Positions 33,339-46,039 of a stretch of DNA of 64,000 nucleotides are shown here, piece by piece. The stretch lies in NCBI GenBank assembly GCA_001600815.1, contig BCKZ01000014.1:310001-374000 (forward strand), in the 5' to 3' direction. Source of the DNA: Alloascoidea hylecoeti. Lineage: Eukaryota. Position 1 is the first letter of the stretch. Every line of letters begins with the position of its first letter. The notes beneath the pieces were generated by a model. That model saw nothing but the letters and a program-made list of their open reading frames with translations. It did not search any database and was not told where the DNA came from. Position numbers and translations under genes: made by a program.

Positions 33339-34121
33339 TTAAGGGCCATTTACTGCATCATCGAAATAAGTTGGATCTTTGTCAATTGAATCTTTAATGA
33401 TATCTAAACCTCCTTGTAGTTGACCATTAATGTATAGTTGGGGATAAGTAGGCCAATCTGAAAAAGCTTTCAAACCTTGTCTAACCGCGTCATCTTTTTG
33501 AATATCAAAGAAACCAAATCGAACTCTATGTTCTCGTAGTAAAGCGACCATTTGTCGAGATAAATCACATTTTGGAGCGGAAGGATTGCCCTTCATGAAA
33601 AGCATTACTGGGGCAGCATTTATTAGTTTTGTAAGTCGTTCATTTAAGGCTTCTGGAGTTTCTTCGATATAAGATTCAGGACTCCTATGTCGCGGAGAGT
33701 GCCTTGATCCTTCGTGATGTGTATGCCTGGTGTGCTTATGCGAAGAATGTGATGAATGGGATGAGGAATGAGAAGAGTTTGAATCTGAGTGACATGCCTG
33801 GGAATTATGCTTAATGGAAGAAAATAGTTCCTTTGTATCACCTCCGCTCAATTCTTTGATAATGGTTCCATTTTTTATCAGTACGAAAAAAGGAACAGAC
33901 GAAATGTCAAAGAGCTCGGAGACCTGGGTGTTATTGTCGGCATTGACGGACAGAAAGATGGTGGAGGGGTAGGACTCGGCCAGAGACTCGAATACCGACT
34001 TCATCTGGATACAGGGAGCAGCCCACGGGGTGTGGAAGTAGACAGCGACCAGTGTGGTGGGTCCTATGATGGAGGTTAGGTCTGTGAACTGGGAAGCCGA
34101 CGTGATCTCTATGACACCCAT
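33339..34121 (-). CDS. GRX3: Trx-Grx monothiol glutaredoxin (Grx3/Grx4 type) with atypical CDLS site
   Basis: WAAPC Trx-like domain; VMLFMKG.P..PKC, RFGFFDI, VRQGLKAFSDWPTYPQLYING...GGLDII. Confidence 0.88.
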   Translation of the reverse strand: MGVIEITSASQFTDLTSIIGPTTLVAVYFHTPWAAPCIQMKSVFESLAESYPSTIFLSVNADNNTQVSELFDISSVPFFVLIKNGTIIKELSGGDTKELFSSIKHNSQACHSDSNSSHSSSHSSHSSHKHTRHTHHEGSRHSPRHRSPESYIEETPEALNERLTKLINAAPVMLFMKGNPSAPKCDLSRQMVALLREHRVRFGFFDIQKDDAVRQGLKAFSDWPTYPQLYINGQLQGGLDIIKDSIDKDPTYFDDAVNGP

Positions 34122-34515
34122 TGGATTTAGTATGGTAGAAGAGCAGAAGTGGAAACGCGACGTCTCTGCCTGTTTATCGGAAAACAGATCCAGTTCAATA
34201 GCCTAGGTGAAAAAAGCGTTTGACATATTTTCAGCGCCTATATATTGTGCGGGTCACGTGCGCCAGGGTTATCTAATCGGTCTAATCTCGGAGTAATCGA
34301 AACGATCAGCAGCGCAAAACTGCGCTTCTGCGCTTCTTCCGCTGCGGCGTGCGTTTGTGCGTGGCTGAAATGCGATGTTCCATCTCCACCGTGTTTACTA
34401 TTTGCCGTTTTCCATCTGTCATCGCGTCCGCTTGCGATTGTAGCACTATAAAAAATATGTAGCTGCCTGGCTGTCTCCGTTATATATACCCAGTCAGCCC
34501 GACCCAAAAAGAGAT

Positions 34516-35919
34516 ATGAAGGCAAGCCCAACTACTTTTCTCGTAGCACGCACTCCCGCACGGCCAGTGGAGGTCCAAAGCTCAGACGTGGACCCATTGT
34601 ACTCGCTGGATAGTTTTAATACGTGTTCCGATGACTCAGATTGTTCTAGCTCGGACTATGAAGCCAGTACTTCGATCTCAAGCGATATCGGACTATACGT
34701 CACCTCTCGATCAGCAATCGACCTTCGTGATCTGGGCAACCAGATAGAAATTCAAAGACATCGATACGACCAGGACGGAATTTGGCCTTCCAGCTATTGC
34801 AATTGCTCAAGCTGTCAACTATACACAATCCCTGAAACCCCAGAATTTGACAGTCGCCAATCCTTTGAAAGTCTCGAGCTCTCGACTTGTGCGTCATTTT
34901 CCGTGGACGTAGACTGCGTGTCTGTTCTAATACCAAGAAGAAAAAGCTTGGCAGAAACTTCGATATTGTCTGATAGTGACATTAATTGTGAAGATGTCAG
35001 CTCAAACTCATCAGAATTCGAACATGATACATTTAGCACTACAGCTGACTGGACTTATACACCAACCACTATAACATCATTTGCAGTAAACCCAAGCTTT
35101 ATATCTCAATGCCATCTTGAAGAAACTATCGACCCAACTTCAAAATATTCAATTTCACCCCCACTGCTTCAAAAATCTATCCCAATTGAAAAAAGTAAAG
35201 TTCCAATTCCAAAGGATTTACTTCCGACTGGTATCAATGAGACCATAGCATCAACAGATTCTTTTGCACATGACGAAACCAAAGGCAATTCAGTTGGCTT
35301 GCCATCTTTACACATTCCAAAGACTATCAACCGGTTGGTCACTAACGTAAGTAATTGAAATAATGGACTATCAAGATCATTCATGATTATGATATGAGAA
35401 TGTTCTCTAGAATGGTAAACAATTAATTAGAACTAACAATGATTGAAATTTGAAACATTTTAGTTAATTTCTCATTTTAAACATAAAAACAATAAAACAC
35501 AATCCCACACTAGCACCGGATCTTTAACTCATGTTGATTCAAAGAACAAATTAAAATCTCATGGCATCACTAAACAAAAAAGGTATGTTTGAATTGATTA
35601 CTTTATAGACAATTAAAATTTAATTATAACCAATTAACGTATATTTATTTTTATTAGCCATTTTTCCAACAATAGTAAATCATCATTTACAAATATAAGA
35701 TTAGAATCAACAGTTATTAAAATAAAAGTTTCAATGGCAAGCCTATCATCTGAACAATTATTAAAAAATGTAACTAATATTCCAAAATTATCAAAATCAA
35801 GAAGATTTTGGATAAGATTTAAAAATACTAATGTTAGTGATTTTTTAAATTCAAAAGTTTTAACAAATAATAATAACACACCATTACAATCACGAAAACA
35901 AAATATTTTAAAAAATTAA
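34516..35919 (+). CDS. Ser-rich hypothetical protein (~403 aa); exons 34516-35346, 35464-35582, 35658-35919
   Basis: GTAAGT and GTATGT introns with ACTAAC/ATTAAC branch sites join three segments in frame; basic C-terminus. Confidence 0.65.
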
Positions 35920-36309
35920 AAGATTTATTAAATTTGAGTATTGGATATTAAAGAAGAAAGCATTTTTGGTGTATCATATATATATAAAATTACGTTTAGG
36001 ATGTAACATATATGACGGCACGTGCATCTGAATATCTATTAGTAATCGTTTATCTCCAATTCACCCGTGCGCTGCTCATGCTGTTCTTTCGTGAGTGGCT
36101 GAGCTCATTTTTCTTTTCTGGGTGGGTGCTGCCGCGGACGAAAAGCGTGCACTGCTTGACTCTAAAACCCTCCCGACGTGGTTACGTCAGCACATGTATT
36201 GATTAAAATAAATATATAAGAATATGTCATAAATTGGTATTATGTTTTTTAACTTGACTTGGTCACGTTTACTACCCCGTTTCCAATATCATTGCGAGAA
36301 CCTCCAATA

Positions 36310-37307
36310 CTATAACAAACAATGATGATGAGAGTGCATTATTCTGACAATCACCTCGATGTTATTTTTCATCTTTCGTTTGGGAACGTAAACTGTTTGT
36401 GTTTTACTTATCCCTCTGTTTAAATATTTTAAGATTCTTCTATTTACCGCTTGACATAAAATTTTAAATTCTGTGTTTGATAGACATATATTTCTATAAA
36501 TAGAGATCAATACATCCTTTCCTTCTTTTACAATTGACGAGAGTCGCCATTTTCATGGGGTTTAGTATTGTTCCCGTATTTAGTATCATCTTAACAACAC
36601 CAATAAGATGTTTACTACAGGATTCCCAGGTTAAAAAGGTTAAAAAAGCTGAATGGTATGCCATCTAGTCCTGGACTACTATTTTTTTTTATTACACTCA
36701 TATAATGCAAATTTCAATTCGTTTGAGGTAAAAGAAAAATTCAATCTCTGCAAGTTCATCTTTGCTTAATGGTGTCTTCTTTTGAAATAAAACCATAAGA
36801 ATCAATGGGTTTAGTTCTTTTTTTTTGTGGTTGATGTTTATATTTACTAGACAGTTCTTTTGTTGCAATTTTGAATAATCCTTCATTATCATTATAAGTG
36901 AGATTACTAGTTTTATCCTTCAGTGATAAAAGAAAAATATAAATCTTCTTGATAGCGTTTTTAACGATTCATTTGAGACTAAGGAGGTTGATGTTTTTAT
37001 TTTTAATTAGTCTTGTGATCCTATTCTGGTATGGATTTACTGAAATCACGAAAGAAGTATTGCATGGTCTTTAAATTTGATTCCTGTGAAATTTATAATA
37101 ATCTCTCAGGCAATTGTAGTGTTTCGAACTATGTGAAATAGGGAACTTGTGATTTTGATAATGCAGCTCCCATTTTAAATATGGGTTTTATGAGACCTTT
37201 TCTTTCATTTGACAGTTTTATACAAATTCCAAATGGATTGAGAAGTTGTAGTTAGTGTGCCACATTCTTTCTACCTTAGCTAGTATTGAAGGCGATAAAT
37301 ACATTCT
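36310..37307 (-). mobile_element. Decayed L1-clade non-LTR retrotransposon ORF2 fragment (EN end to RT start)
   Basis: SSPGLDGIPFSFF (cf. SPGPDG) and YRNICLSNTEFKIL...NRR...ISKTQ..Y.PKR...N (cf. YRPISLLNxDYKIL...Q.GF...R); RMYLSPS near 37300 resembles the APE 'RIY.S' motif; many stops. Confidence 0.8.
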
Positions 37308-37385
37308 AATCGAACCCACGACTGCAGGTTACGATATTGGGATTGAGATAAAGTATAAGTCTTCAACCACTTGCGCCACGGGGAC
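37308..37385 (-). pseudogene. tRNA-derived fragment (possibly intron-containing Ile-TAT), 3' truncated
   Basis: GTCCCCGTGGCGCAAGTGGTT (A box), CTTATA followed by an intron-like insert, GCAGTCGTGGGTTCGATT (B box); no 3' acceptor strand. Confidence 0.55.
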
Positions 37386-39214
37386 ACAAGATTTCTTTTT
37401 TTATTATAAACTATTTAATTATATAAGAAGAGAAGAAAGATGTGTGTCAAGAATATACAAAAATAAGAAGAAAATATAAAGAGGTTTTTATTTCACTATT
37501 TACAAGTATCGATAGTAGGGATTTCCTTAGAATTTACATATTTCTAGTTATATAATTTAATTGGAAAATATATGAAAAGTTAAATATATATATAACTAAT
37601 ACAATACCGTATTGCTATATATTGTTTGATTTATTTACTTATTTATCATATCTGATAATAACAAATTTGAATTTATGAACATTATTATGCTCATTTATGA
37701 TTGAAAAATATATATTTAACATATAATTTCGCTTTTTACCTTGTACTATTATCATGACATCTTCCAAAGTTTGGAATCGTTCTCCATGTAGATCAATATA
37801 ATATCACTGAATCTTCTTTGTACCCTTATACTCCAGATGATTTCTGATACGTGACTCAACTCGCTTATGATGGAATGATTATCTATCTTGGGACAAATTA
37901 AATCTTCCAAAGTTATATCATTACCTGATAATCTTATGAATATTTGTCTATATTTAAAAAAAAAAAAGAAAAGAAGCTTCAAATTTTTATCGAAGAGTTT
38001 AAGATTTTTTTTGTTATTTGTTTGACTTCAAGCACCTTAATATGTCAGTTGAATAAGATTTATTTTAGTTTCCTAGAAGGACTAATATGAGCAAACTATT
38101 ACAAATAATTTATCTTCATTAACAAGCACATAAACATTAACACTTTTTGGAAATATATGCTGGATATACCAACAGTTTATAAATGACGTTTAACACCGGA
38201 AAAAGATGATGATTACATTGCACAAAAGGTAGAATTAATTCCATCAAGTTTTTTAAAAGCAGAGAAAATAGTTTCGCGATTTAGTTAATTTAAGGGGCGA
38301 GCTTCGTAATAGACATTTAAAACCCTGTAGCTTAAGATCAGAACTTACTTAATAATACAAAGTTGCTGTTCCGGCTACTACTAAAATTGAAAATTTCTTA
38401 TTAGGTATGCTTAAAGAGGAGCAAATACTGGCGATATGGAAAATCATGGATGTTTATCTGATACTAAAAAAATGGAGGGCATTATATTATTACACTGGAA
38501 AACAGATAATTTACTTGGACTAATGTCAAACGGCAAAATAAATTATCATTATACATCCAAATTTATTATGTTAAAACAATTATTGAATGAAATAAAATTT
38601 GAATTTAAAAGAATTCTTAAAATTACCAAAATGGACACCAATCCAAGAACAACAAATTGTTCAATTTTAAATATATTTTTAACGAAGTTTATCATTTGCT
38701 TCAGAAATACTTTTTCTGATTCATATGTCTTCTGGTTTCATTAAAAGTCTACTATATGAATAGCAATAAAGACTCGATAAGAGTTGAAGTCATTTTGTTT
38801 ACAAAGGAGGGAATAAAGCAAAATCTAATTATGGATAACATTAATGACCCAAAAAGAGTTAAGGTCTTCTTTGAAATTTTGAAATTTTGAAATTTTTTCC
38901 GATCAAAAAGTGAAAATAAAACATTAATTTGTTAAACAAAGCAAAAATACCAAAAGAATACCTATATGAACGATGTTTTGAGGAATACAGTTGATAATTA
39001 TAATGATGGAAATATCTTAAAAGGAGTAGAGGATGCAATGATACCAATAATATCTTCAAAATTCCCACTTCCAGTATTTTCAACATGCTCAATCATTTCA
39101 TTCAAATTGTTCAAAATTGATCATCTTTATTTACTATCTGAATTATCAACATCTCTCTAAATATCTTTACTATCAAATAATTGGTAGTGTTTTGTGTAGA
39201 ACAACCTGCCATTA

Positions 39215-39672
39215 TCAATTCCACCCAATGCTTAATTCAACATAAGTGCACAACTCACCTCTGAAATGTAACTTTGATTTCACTTCTTGTTGAGGTCTAC
39301 GAAATACTACACGTGAACCAAATTTATGGATATGATTGATGTTGCCAACACCATTAATTCTCAATTGATTAAGTCTACCTAAAACAATATTGCGAGTCAC
39401 AATTGCATATTTTGCAGCTAGATCCCAAAATCTATCACCAAGTTAAGGATCGTGTAAAATGGACCTGACCAGATTCAAAACCACGTGGTTCTCCTTCTCA
39501 ACAGAGCCTTCAACAGACCCAACTATTTGGTGGACACCTCTCAATTGAAGTGCTTTAGTAACTGCCATATTTGAAAATTTTTTACCATTGTCACTTATCA
39601 ACTTCTTAATGCGTTTCCCAGTTTGATTGAGTAAGATAATTAGATTTGCCCTTACAAATTTAGCTACAATCT
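39215..39672 (-). mobile_element. Ty1/copia integrase relic
   Basis: IKKLISDNGKKFSN...RGVHQ...SVEKENHVVLNLVRSIL...DRFWDLAAKYA...N...KFGS...KL.FRG follows the copia IN core and the downstream segment; internal stop. Confidence 0.85.
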
Positions 39673-39684
39673 GGAAAAAAATTA

Positions 39685-39756
39685 CTCGGTAACGGGGAAT
39701 TGAACCCCGGTCCCCCGCGTGACAGGCGGAAATTCTAGCCACTAAACTATTACCGA
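39685..39756 (-). tRNA. tRNA-Asp(GTC)
   Basis: TCGGTAA/TTACCGA acceptor stem, anticodon arm TCCGC-CTGTCAC-GCGGG, T arm CGGGG-TTCAATT-CCCCG, discriminator G, T7 terminator just downstream. Confidence 0.95.
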
Positions 39757-39870
39757 AATCACATGATTTGTGAAGGAATGGCTCAACTCCAAGGGCTTGC
39801 CCCTAATGGCCTATGGCTCTAAGATTTAAATTATTTAGATATTTTAATTAAAAATTATATGTAAAGTACA

Positions 39871-40209
39871 ATGAGTAATACCGAGGACATGAAACATAGT
39901 AACGAGATGAAGAATGCTATCGCTCCTTTAACTCAATATGGTAGCGTTTTGGCTTCCACTGAAATAAGAGGTATACTTAAACTCACAAACCAACGAAGTT
40001 CCTTTGAACAGTGGGGTACAAGCAGCCCTAAGAAGATTATTAACCAATTTTTAAGCCAAGATGAAGAAACAATTCGCGAGATCTACGGTGATGGTTTGGA
40101 TGCAATAGCTGATATTCTTTCAGATGAGGATTTATTAAAGCATGATGAAGTAATGAAACTCAACCCCGATGGTAGGATTGAGGCCTACCATGGTTTCAAC
40201 GGGTTATAG
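39871..40209 (+). other. Short ORF, possibly a retroelement gag relic
   Basis: 112 aa; LKLTNQRSSFEQW loosely resembles the copia gag 'KL.G.NY..W' start; sits among TE relics upstream of the tRNA. Confidence 0.25.
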
Positions 40210-42070
40210 TTGATTTTATTGCCAGTTTTCAGACGATTGATTAAGGATATTGCTCCATATGGCGACCAGTAGAATTATCAATATCCTTAATCAATCGTCT
40301 GAAACTGGCAATAAAATCAACCACGATCTGATAGTTGTAGGAACAGAACGGTGTAAAAAATATTCCAAATTGGTAAAAGTGTGTAATTGCCAAATTTAAG
40401 TCAGGGAAATTTTGAAAAACTTGAAGAATTTTTCTTTTACCAATTGAACATAAATAAGGCATTTACGGTATTATTATATAAAACAAAAACTTTGTAAAAC
40501 GTTTATTTGTCATATCTCTGATATCTTCTTCCTTTTATCTCATTTGAGTAATTTCCGCTAACAACTTTTCCTTTATATCTTCATCACCATTATTAGCATC
40601 ATCATGTACATCTTCAATATTCTTTAATTTTCTCTCCAACTTTCTGCGTTACAACCAGAACAATATAGTTCTCCTTCCTCTGCATATATCTGTCTAGACG
40701 ATTTATTATGTCTCCCAACATCGCGACGCAATCAACACATTGTTATTATTAATTATTGGTTGAGAAAAATCAGTAATTTTCTTACCATCCGGATGGTTAT
40801 TAATAATTACTGGTTGGGAAAAATCTATAATATGACCACCACGAGGAACCGAATTGTAACTAACGATCGGTTGAGAAATCTCTTTTTCCAATACTAGTGG
40901 TTGAGATAAATTAATAATTTTTCTACTAGGAAAAGGTATTTCTAGAAAATAATAAATGTTCGAGGTGTTAGTAAGGATAGTAATTAAATAAATCCAAAGA
41001 ATAAGAATGCATTACTTACGCCAAAATCGTCAAAATAATAAATGAAGCGAAGATATAAACAAATGGTGATGGCACTAGTGGCTATTATTGATTGGGCCAA
41101 AGCGAAAATAGATAATCTCATCGCTTTAATTGGAATGCAATTATTGGCCCTATATATTTAATATTCATTTGAAATAACCCTTCACTTGGTGTTTTAACAT
41201 ATACAAATTGTACTGGGTTATGCAATACTTTGGAGACTGATACAATCTTACATGAAATGGGTAAAAACAATATCATTCGAAAAAGAAAGTGAAGATAAAT
41301 TTTACTAACCTTCTCTCTAATTAAGTTAAAATCAATGAAATAGTGTTTTGATTGGCTGTTTATTAAGAATTGAACAATAAAATTGTTGTGGTTTAAATTT
41401 GATTTACACAAATCGGGGATATATCTTTCAGCGCTAAACTAATAAGGTGGTGTAAATAAAATAAACGATACAATTCATTGAGCCTTTGAATATATATATT
41501 CATCTGAGATATTCCACAAATTCAGTTATATACTTTTTTTCTTTTAATTCGGCATGTACTATGTAGTGATTTATATAATTGGGGTAGATATATTGGCATT
41601 CCTGTAGTGGATATAATGGTACGCCGCTAAGGGACTTAATATTTAATATTTGGTTGAAATATTAAAATAATAATGGTACTCTTCATGGAAATTTGTAGAG
41701 AATAATTAAATAAAGCATAAAGACTTGATAGTGTGCCATTATTAATTCAGAAATTAATAACACCGATTCTAAAAACGAAACTTCAATATTTCAACTAATA
41801 ATTGGCCTTTATAAATAAATTATATAATTATATTAAAAATTAGAGTATTCGCAATGATACAGTTTCATTTTCGTGAATGGAACGTTGTAGGAGATAAATA
41901 TCTAGTATCGGCATCACAGGAATATGGTTTTGGAAAGTAAAATATTCAGTAAACCGTTGAATAAATGATCGACAGATAAGATATGAAATGTTAAATACAT
42001 TACGTATATCATTGATAACATTTGTTGAATTTAAGTATATACAATCGAATATTAATTGTAATATATTAGT

Positions 42071-42715
42071 CTATTTTGGAACTCTTATACCACAGACAAA
42101 CTAGGAAAGATTCCACAGTTAGTATAATTATATAACATGTCTTTACCACATTATATTAATTTATATAAAAGCTGTCTCATATACTCACCGGATAGATAGT
42201 CGCATTTTTAAGATCCCAAACACCAGAAGTATAATAAATATCTTTTTTTAACATATCTATAGCTTCTTCCTTACTTTCAGCAACAACGGTTATCGCCGAC
42301 CCATTTAATTCTAAATCTTCTTCTTCGGATTTAGGGAGTGAGTTTAATGTGCCACCTATAAATTATATCTCGATTGTGAACGTTAGATTGGTTTCTCATA
42401 TAGCAATTCGTTTAAGATCATAAACCACAAGCCGGAAATTGAGATGAAATTTGTATATATTATATGTAGAGCTTGAGGTATATGATTGAACTGTTGTTAA
42501 TTAAAACATTGATATCGGCTTACCTCCGAAAGTGATTTTGACATTTTGAGCAGCTTCAGCCAAATGTTGAGATCTAACAGACATTCTTTTATCCAACTGC
42601 CATATAAGAAAATCGTTATATTTAGCTATAGCCTGATGATATAATTTTATAATTAACTGCTACTTACAACATTAGGATGATCAGGAATCAGGGCAAAGAA
42701 TTCAAATTTTGTCAT
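42071..42715 (-). CDS. YCII-related (YciI-like) domain protein, 105 aa; exons 42715-42668, 42596-42524, 42355-42189, 42100-42071
   Basis: Spliced: MTKFEFFALIPDHPNV/LDKRMSVRSQHLAEAAQNVKITFGG/GTLNSLPKSEEEDLELNGSAITVVAESKEEAIDMLKKDIYYTSGVWDLKNATIYP/FVCGIRVPK*; three GT-AG introns with consistent phases. Confidence 0.88.
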
Positions 42716-43259
42716 ATTTATAGGATTTCAAACTATAGTTTCCTAAGTTCTCATTTAAGTTGGGAATTTATAGGTATGTATATAATTTTATTATGACGGA
42801 AACAATTGAGGTTAGCCGATCTTCTCCTCTTCTTGACATTACAAATATCTACAATTGCAATGTAGCTTAAGCTTGAATTCCGTTATAATTATTACGGTAT
42901 GACATATGACGTTTTGGCTACATGCAGCCGGGTAAAACGCCAGGTTAAGCTTTTTGGATATTAATAGAAAATTGTCACCGAAAGATGTAATATCTAGAGC
43001 AATTTCCTACAGTTGAAAGTAACAGTTTGATACCTTCTAATCTATATAATGCGGTAACTTTGTAAAGCTTATAGTTTCATGATTATTGACAGCTGTGATA
43101 TATTACTAGCGCTACTTTCGAAAATAATTATCGTTAGGTAGCTATTTCCCTAAATTAATCAGCCTTCTCTTTGGTACTTAATTAGAATTATTTTCGATAA
43201 TTGATTAGTGATCCCAGATATAATTATTTAACGTTACCTAATGAAACAAATATAACTCT

Positions 43260-43817
43260 TTTAGAATGAGCTGATGTTGTTTCGTGGGTTTGGGCTTTGA
43301 TTGATTCTTAGCTACTTCATTATCATGATTCTTGTGATGTTGTAGAGGTTCAAAATATGATTGCACACTATAATTCCTCCTGGAATAGTAGGTGTTGAAA
43401 GAATTAATTTGCGTCTACACAAGGAATGAGTTGCAAGAAAGCTGAACTCGAAGCCCTGAAGAGGGATCCGCACAGTACAATTATTGATATGAATTATTAT
43501 GAGCCCATATGATAAAAAATAGATATACAACAGAAAATGATCAATTAAACCATACTCTTGCCGTGTTCCGAAATGAAGGTAAATATCGCGACTTGGAAAT
43601 CTCATGTAAAATTGAACGTGAGTTTGGTAACTTCGAATTCATGGGAAGTACTAAAAGTGACTTGGATCATTTCATGGAAAGTACTGAATTCCTTAGCTGG
43701 ATTGAATTCATAAGACCTGGTATTTACAAAGCTAGTTTGAAAAAATCAAACCTGAAGAGTTCTACATATTCAAATACCGACTGGAAAATCAAAAAGTCTG
43801 TCAGATTCGTCTCATAA
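43260..43817 (+). pseudogene. Dispersed type-B relic (B5); last 102 codons still open
   Basis: CRGSK, ASTQG...DPHSTI and FIRPG...KKSNLKSSTYSNTDWKIKKSVRFVS* match B3 in order. Confidence 0.8.
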
Positions 43818-44170
43818 TTCATGTCTTCTGTTAGTTGTATCTGGCGTAACTCTAACTATCTCCAAATTGTTTCTACGATTAATCATTTACAGTATAAGAC
43901 AGAAAGTTGAGATCAAGTGCATACGGTTTATATTGCTTCTACCTCTAAATAATCCAAGATTTCTTGAATTGGATCATGAATTACATTTGAACAAACTTTT
44001 GCATTAATCACTATCATATAAATCATAAGTGTATTAAATCTAATCTTGTTTGTTTGCCCTATATAAACAAGTAATTGTCAATGTTATATATTAAATTCGA
44101 TGGGATGAAGCATGTAAGTCCGCTATCAGTGGCTTGGGCATTTCAAAAACGTTTCTGGAGGATCAGAAAT

Positions 44171-44797
44171 TTATAATTTCGAAATTAATTCAACCCAATC
44201 TTCTTTCTCGTTTCCACTTCCAATACTATTTTCAACTATTCCATTAATTGCGACAGTGGGAGTAACATGAATACCATTTTGTCTTGCATATTTAACAAAG
44301 TATTTTAAATCGACTGTTGTTTTATTACCAGCATTAGTTGCTGCTTGACCTTTCCCAGTTTGCTTAATATACAAAAGATCAAGTAAATCATTTCTTTTAA
44401 TTGATGGGATATTTTGTGAAATTAACTCAGACAATGATTCATAAATCTCTCCAATTGTTTTATTTAAAGTAAGTGAATCAAAATATTCACGTTGGTGCTC
44501 AAATAAAACTTTTGAAATGTTCCAAAATTCGTCTGATGCCAATTGTTCAGAAGCTAGAGCAGCTTCATGTAATATAGTGGACACTGGATGCCATGGTTGT
44601 GGTACATTCCTGAAAATAAAGGTAACTGGTTTATCTTTTGTCGAGGGGTTTGATTGTAATTCTTTCAGAATTGGATTGATTTTAAAGAAGAGTTTGGCAC
44701 TGAAAGGACAGTCATAATCAAGGAAAATGTCAATGACATTAGTATTTGTAGATGTAGAGCCTAACTTATGGCTAGCAAAACGAGGTGGGAGAGACAT
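44171..44797 (-). CDS. DsbA/thioredoxin-fold fungal protein
   Basis: IDIFLDYDCPFSAK, PQPWHP, ARQNGIHVTPTVAING. Confidence 0.85.
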   Translation of the reverse strand: MSLPPRFASHKLGSTSTNTNVIDIFLDYDCPFSAKLFFKINPILKELQSNPSTKDKPVTFIFRNVPQPWHPVSTILHEAALASEQLASDEFWNISKVLFEHQREYFDSLTLNKTIGEIYESLSELISQNIPSIKRNDLLDLLYIKQTGKGQAATNAGNKTTVDLKYFVKYARQNGIHVTPTVAINGIVENSIGSGNEKEDWVELISKL

Positions 44798-46039
44798 TGA
44801 AAATGTTGGTTATGGTCAATGATTAGCGAATGCCCTCCTATTTATGTGATCGGTGGATTGATAATTTTAGTCAGGGAGCACGTCTTCTTAATTACAATTA
44901 AGTAATAATGCAGATGCGATATAGAGGCCGGGTAAGTACTGGGATCCCATTTGAGGGCTGAATAATTGATATTTTGAATGGCTACACAGTTGTAAATAGC
45001 TTGTAATATTAATACGTAGTTATCTGGAGCTACATAAAAATCAAACTCTAGTAATTCACCATCTTCTGTGATAAAATCTGAGTATCCGTATTTTCAATAT
45101 CATTGTAATGCTATTTTTTGATGGTTGTACTTGGGCTGATAACTCTTTTTTCACATAAATATAATATTAAAAGCTACTAACAATAACAATGCAGACATTA
45201 TTGTTCAATCTAGCAATCGACCATTGATATCTCTTTTATATTGACTGATTTCCCCATAACATTATTATGCTTAATAACATCTATGTAACTACAAATAATA
45301 TACACATCAACTATATTATATATCGATACAGACTTAAAATAGACCGCATCACGCGACTTACTTCATTTATACCACGTGATGAGTTGAATACGACCTTTTG
45401 AACTAAATAATCGGCCCTATGATCACTCCATCAGAGTCCACCTCCTTTCTCAACATAACCTTAAGCTTTATCAGAAAATTATATCAATAAACCGAACAGA
45501 ATCTAAACCTCAATGCATAAACACAGAAAGTTTGAAAATTTTGTAAGCTAAAGAAAATCATAATTTGTCGTACATGATGATTCTTGTTGGTGTAATTATG
45601 TATCAGATTCAATGAATTTTAAAAGTCTATCTTAATGTAGTGAAGGCGAAATTTTACATCCATAGATTCCATACCAATAGAAAACGTCTGACAACACTTG
45701 AAAACAAATCCAATAGGATACTGCAATATTGCAAGTGTTCTGTGTACTAATCTACACGTATGCCTTTAAATATCGCCAGAATACTTAAATTGGAGAACAT
45801 AATAAATATAAAGTTAATTGCCCATTGGGGTAAAATCTTTAAACCCTTCCAGAGCATTAAAATCAGTACTGGCTGTTATTGAATGGCTAAATAACCCTCT
45901 TCTTTTCATTTGATACTAAATAATAAGGGACAAAAAGTAATTGTGGTAATCCTGACATTTCTACTTGCGCATAAAAGCCAGCCTCCTACTTTCGTTTCTT
46001 GCACGCGTTCTTTCACAACTACGAATTTTTTATAGATAT

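Noticed and set aside
37752..37982. Possible L1 ORF2 C-terminal fragment (IIWSIRVQRRF)
   Set aside because: A single weak motif is not enough to call it.
39443..39742. tRNA-integrase fusion protein suggested by the ORF track
   Set aside because: The ORF start lies inside an intact tRNA-Asp gene; it is a chance open frame into the integrase relic.
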